Source of the DNA: Armatimonadota bacterium | Lineage (GTDB): Bacteria > Armatimonadota > Zipacnadia > Zipacnadales > UBA5352 | Assembly: GCA_034722055.1 (NCBI GenBank) | Contig: JAYENL010000211.1 | Span: forward strand, 1 to 28,759 | Direction: 5' to 3' | Length of the DNA stretch: 28,759 nucleotides | In this document: piece by piece, positions 27,475 through 28,759 of the stretch | Layout of the letters: each line of letters begins with the position of its first letter | How positions within the stretch are numbered: the first letter of the stretch is position 1 | Made by a program: the position numbers and the translations under genes | The notes under the pieces: generated by a model | The model's input: the letters and a program-made list of their open reading frames with translations, nothing else | Told to the model about the DNA's origin: nothing | Databases searched by the model: none

Positions 27475-27882
27475 ATGCCTACCGAACGCTTCGGCATCTC
27501 GATGCCGCACGAGCTGCTGCAGCAGTTCGACCGCGCCATCGAGGAGGCCGGATACGCCAACCGGTCCGAGGCCGTCAGGGACATGGCCCGGGACTACCTC
27601 GTCCGCCGGCGCTGGAAGGCGCCCGAGGGCGAGGTCGTGGGCAGCATCACACTCGTCTACGACCACCATGTACATGGCGTCGAGGAGAGCCTCACGACGA
27701 TGCAGCACGACGCCGAGGCGCAGGTCGTCTGCAACACTCACGTGCACCTCGACCACCACAACTGCGTTGAGGTCATTGTGGTGCGCGGCCGGGCGGACGC
27801 CATCCGGCGGCTGGCCGACCGCATGATCAGCATCCGCGGGGTCAAGCACGGGGAGCTGACCTGCACCGCCGCTCAGCCGTGA
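27475..27882 (+). CDS. nikR: Nickel-responsive transcriptional regulator NikR
   Basis: RHH domain RFGISM...GYANRSEAVRD; metal site YDHH and HVHLDHHNCVEV; GGAGGT SD. Confidence 0.97.
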   Translation: MPTERFGISMPHELLQQFDRAIEEAGYANRSEAVRDMARDYLVRRRWKAPEGEVVGSITLVYDHHVHGVEESLTTMQHDAEAQVVCNTHVHLDHHNCVEVIVVRGRADAIRRLADRMISIRGVKHGELTCTAAQP

Positions 27883-27916
27883 CGTGCCACCGGGCGGCGT
27901 TTCTTTTTGCGCGCTG

Positions 27917-27943
27917 GTAGCACGTTCTTGAGAATCGTGACAC
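27917..27943 (+). promoter_or_regulatory. Second candidate NikR box, upstream of the prepilin-like gene
   Basis: GTAGCAC-N13-GTGACAC, with the same geometry as the box at the nikR promoter; overlaps a weak TTGCGC-17-GAGAAT promoter. Confidence 0.5.
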
Positions 27944-27959
27944 TCTGGGAGGTCTTCAC

Positions 27960-28646
27960 ATGTCACTCAGTAGACGGGCAGGCCGGGGGTTCACACTCAT
28001 TGAGCTACTTGTGGTGATCGCGATCATCGCCATCCTGGCAGCGATCCTGTTTCCGGTCTTCTCGCGGGCGCGCGAGAAGGCCCGCGCCATCACCTGCCTG
28101 AGCAACATGAAGCAGCAGGGGTTGGCCTTTGAGATGTATGTCAGCGACTACGATGAGCTCTATCCGCCCACCTACCAGTGGAAGACGCGGCTGGACCCGT
28201 ACATGCGCAACCGGGAGCTGTTCAAGTGCCCCAGCCGGCGGCATCTTCCCTGGTTCTACGGCCACGGCTACAACGGGGGGCTGATGCCGTCCGAGGTCGC
28301 CTATGGCGCGCCGGCCGCCGGCTTCTCGGCGATGCCTCGCGCCGCCATCGCCAGCCCCAGCCACAAGATCCTGAGCGTCGAGTGGGACCGCTGCGTCTCC
28401 GGGCCGCCCAACGGAGACCAGGCCATCCACCGGGGAGGGTCGCTGCACGCCTGGGCGGTGTGCCGGATTCACAACGACGGCTCCAACCTGCTCTTCGGGG
28501 ACGGGCACGTCAAGTGGCTCAAGCCCGAGCAGTATCACTCCACCACCGAGCGGGAGGAGGACGGCACGGTGATTCCCGCCGACGCCACGGCCGTCCCGGA
28601 AGATGTGTGGCGCACATACTGGGACACGCAGTATGAGGTGAATTGA
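27960..28646 (+). CDS. Prepilin-type N-terminal cleavage/methylation protein with DUF1559 and H-X9-DG motif
   Basis: [61 protein letters not shown]. Confidence 0.92.
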   Translation: MSLSRRAGRGFTLIELLVVIAIIAILAAILFPVFSRAREKARAITCLSNMKQQGLAFEMYVSDYDELYPPTYQWKTRLDPYMRNRELFKCPSRRHLPWFYGHGYNGGLMPSEVAYGAPAAGFSAMPRAAIASPSHKILSVEWDRCVSGPPNGDQAIHRGGSLHAWAVCRIHNDGSNLLFGDGHVKWLKPEQYHSTTEREEDGTVIPADATAVPEDVWRTYWDTQYEVN

Positions 28647-28759
28647 CCACGAGTGCGACAGAGCAGGGCCCCAGCGTCGCGGAGGAGTTCGCCCGGGCGC
28701 GCGAGCTGAGCCTGGGGGGTCTGTTCATCGCCCTGGGCGTGATCATCCCCATGGCGGTG
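28643..28759 (+). CDS. Partial membrane protein, ECF transporter S-component-like N-terminus
   Basis: TTG overlapping the previous stop codon (TTGA); translation ...[22 protein letters not shown] runs off the window and resembles the first helix of ECF S components. Confidence 0.55.
   Translation, partial: MTTSATEQGPSVAEEFARARELSLGGLFIALGVIIPMAV

Overview
High-GC bacterial chromosome segment. The [25 protein letters not shown] prepilin/H-X9-DG gene suggests Armatimonadota or a similar lineage (inference only). About 23 kb (2051-24752) is the str-S10-spc-alpha ribosomal superoperon, rpsL to rpsI, with several departures from the usual layout: no tuf after fusA, a second EF-G (EF-G II type, DCPGY) inserted between rpsQ and rplN, no rpsE between rplR and rpmD, and adk fused in frame to map through a G7 run. 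Normally conserved loops of S12, S10, L16 and L3 carry non-canonical residues, and several proteins have acidic extensions. Upstream lies a toxin-antitoxin-chaperone (RelE/Gp49-like toxin, XRE antitoxin with a C-terminal tail, SecB-like chaperone) module, then a long structured rpsL leader with a terminator. Downstream lie a secreted hypothetical protein, a small Gly/Pro-rich lipoprotein, and nikR followed by a prepilin/DUF1559 gene and a truncated ECF S-component-like gene, with two similar GTnnnAC-N13-GTnnnAC boxes. This last cluster is a candidate nickel-regulated, pilin-like uptake module. No rRNA, tRNA, CRISPR array or transposase was recognised. All calls come from reading the sequence; no searches were run.
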